This document shows positions 63,745 to 64,000 of a stretch of 64,000 bases of DNA, piece by piece. The translations under genes and the position numbers were made by a program. The stretch comes from Cyanobacteriota bacterium (GTDB lineage Bacteria > Cyanobacteriota > Cyanobacteriia > PCC-6307 > Cyanobiaceae): NCBI GenBank assembly GCA_046052125.1, contig JBJOMY010000002.1, forward strand, positions 384,001 through 448,000. The letters run 5' to 3'. The notes beneath the pieces were generated by a model, which saw only the letters and a program-made list of their open reading frames with translations, was not told the DNA's origin and did not search any database. Positions within the stretch are counted from its first letter, which is position 1, and each line of letters starts with the position of its first letter.

Positions 63745-64000
63745 ATGACCCCCTCTTCCGCAACCTCCGCCATGGCTGAGGCCCTCTCCATCAACGCCCT
63801 GCGCGATCAGCGCAGCGCCAGCTGCAACCCGGTGGGCGCTCCCAGCGTGACCTCGGATCTCTCCGAGAACGTGATCCTCACCACCCTCGACGATCTCCAT
63901 AACTGGGCTCGTCTCAGCAGCCTCTGGCCGCTGCTCTACGGAACGGCTTGCTGCTTCATTGAATTTGCGGCGCTGATCGGATCACGCTTCGACTTTGACC
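63745..64000 (+). CDS. ndhK: NDH-1 subunit K, N-terminal part (runs off the window end)
   Basis: Manual translation ...[45 protein letters not shown]. Confidence 0.96.
   Translation, partial: MTPSSATSAMAEALSINALRDQRSASCNPVGAPSVTSDLSENVILTTLDDLHNWARLSSLWPLLYGTACCFIEFAALIGSRFDFD

Overview
GC-rich picocyanobacterial chromosome segment (Synechococcus/Cyanobium-like, judged from psaC, psbEFLJ, ycf48, rubA, ndhS, ndhCK, ho1 and the N-terminally extended PsbJ). The backbone is core genes: tkt, fabF, acpP, psaC, glmS, manC, rimM, ndhS, rnc, rnpB, tRNA-Arg(CCT), Na+/H+ antiporter, glcE/glcF, icd, ho1, uvrD, hisS and the psbEFLJ/ycf48/rubA/ndhCK block. Several accessory-looking modules are interleaved. 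(1) A coupled xfp-glgP-ackA operon (glycogen to acetate). (2) An orphan tailoring cassette at 20.1-23.9 kb: three Fe(II)/2-oxoglutarate-type oxygenases, one unassigned protein and a sulfotransferase-like gene, with no scaffold-building gene or precursor in the window. This is the best candidate for an undescribed system. (3) A large cell-surface glycan region (about 30-60 kb) with four more sulfotransferases, five glycosyltransferases, an ABC flippase, a Wzy_C/WaaL-like protein, UDP-GlcA/Xyl/GalA/Gal enzymes and a full Kdo pathway (kdsA/B/C/D). The Kdo genes are coupled to a plant CDI-like glycosyltransferase and an unknown GT-B-like protein. No transposase, integrase, prophage or CRISPR array was seen. 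All family assignments come from motif recognition by eye, not database searches, and several start codons are best estimates.
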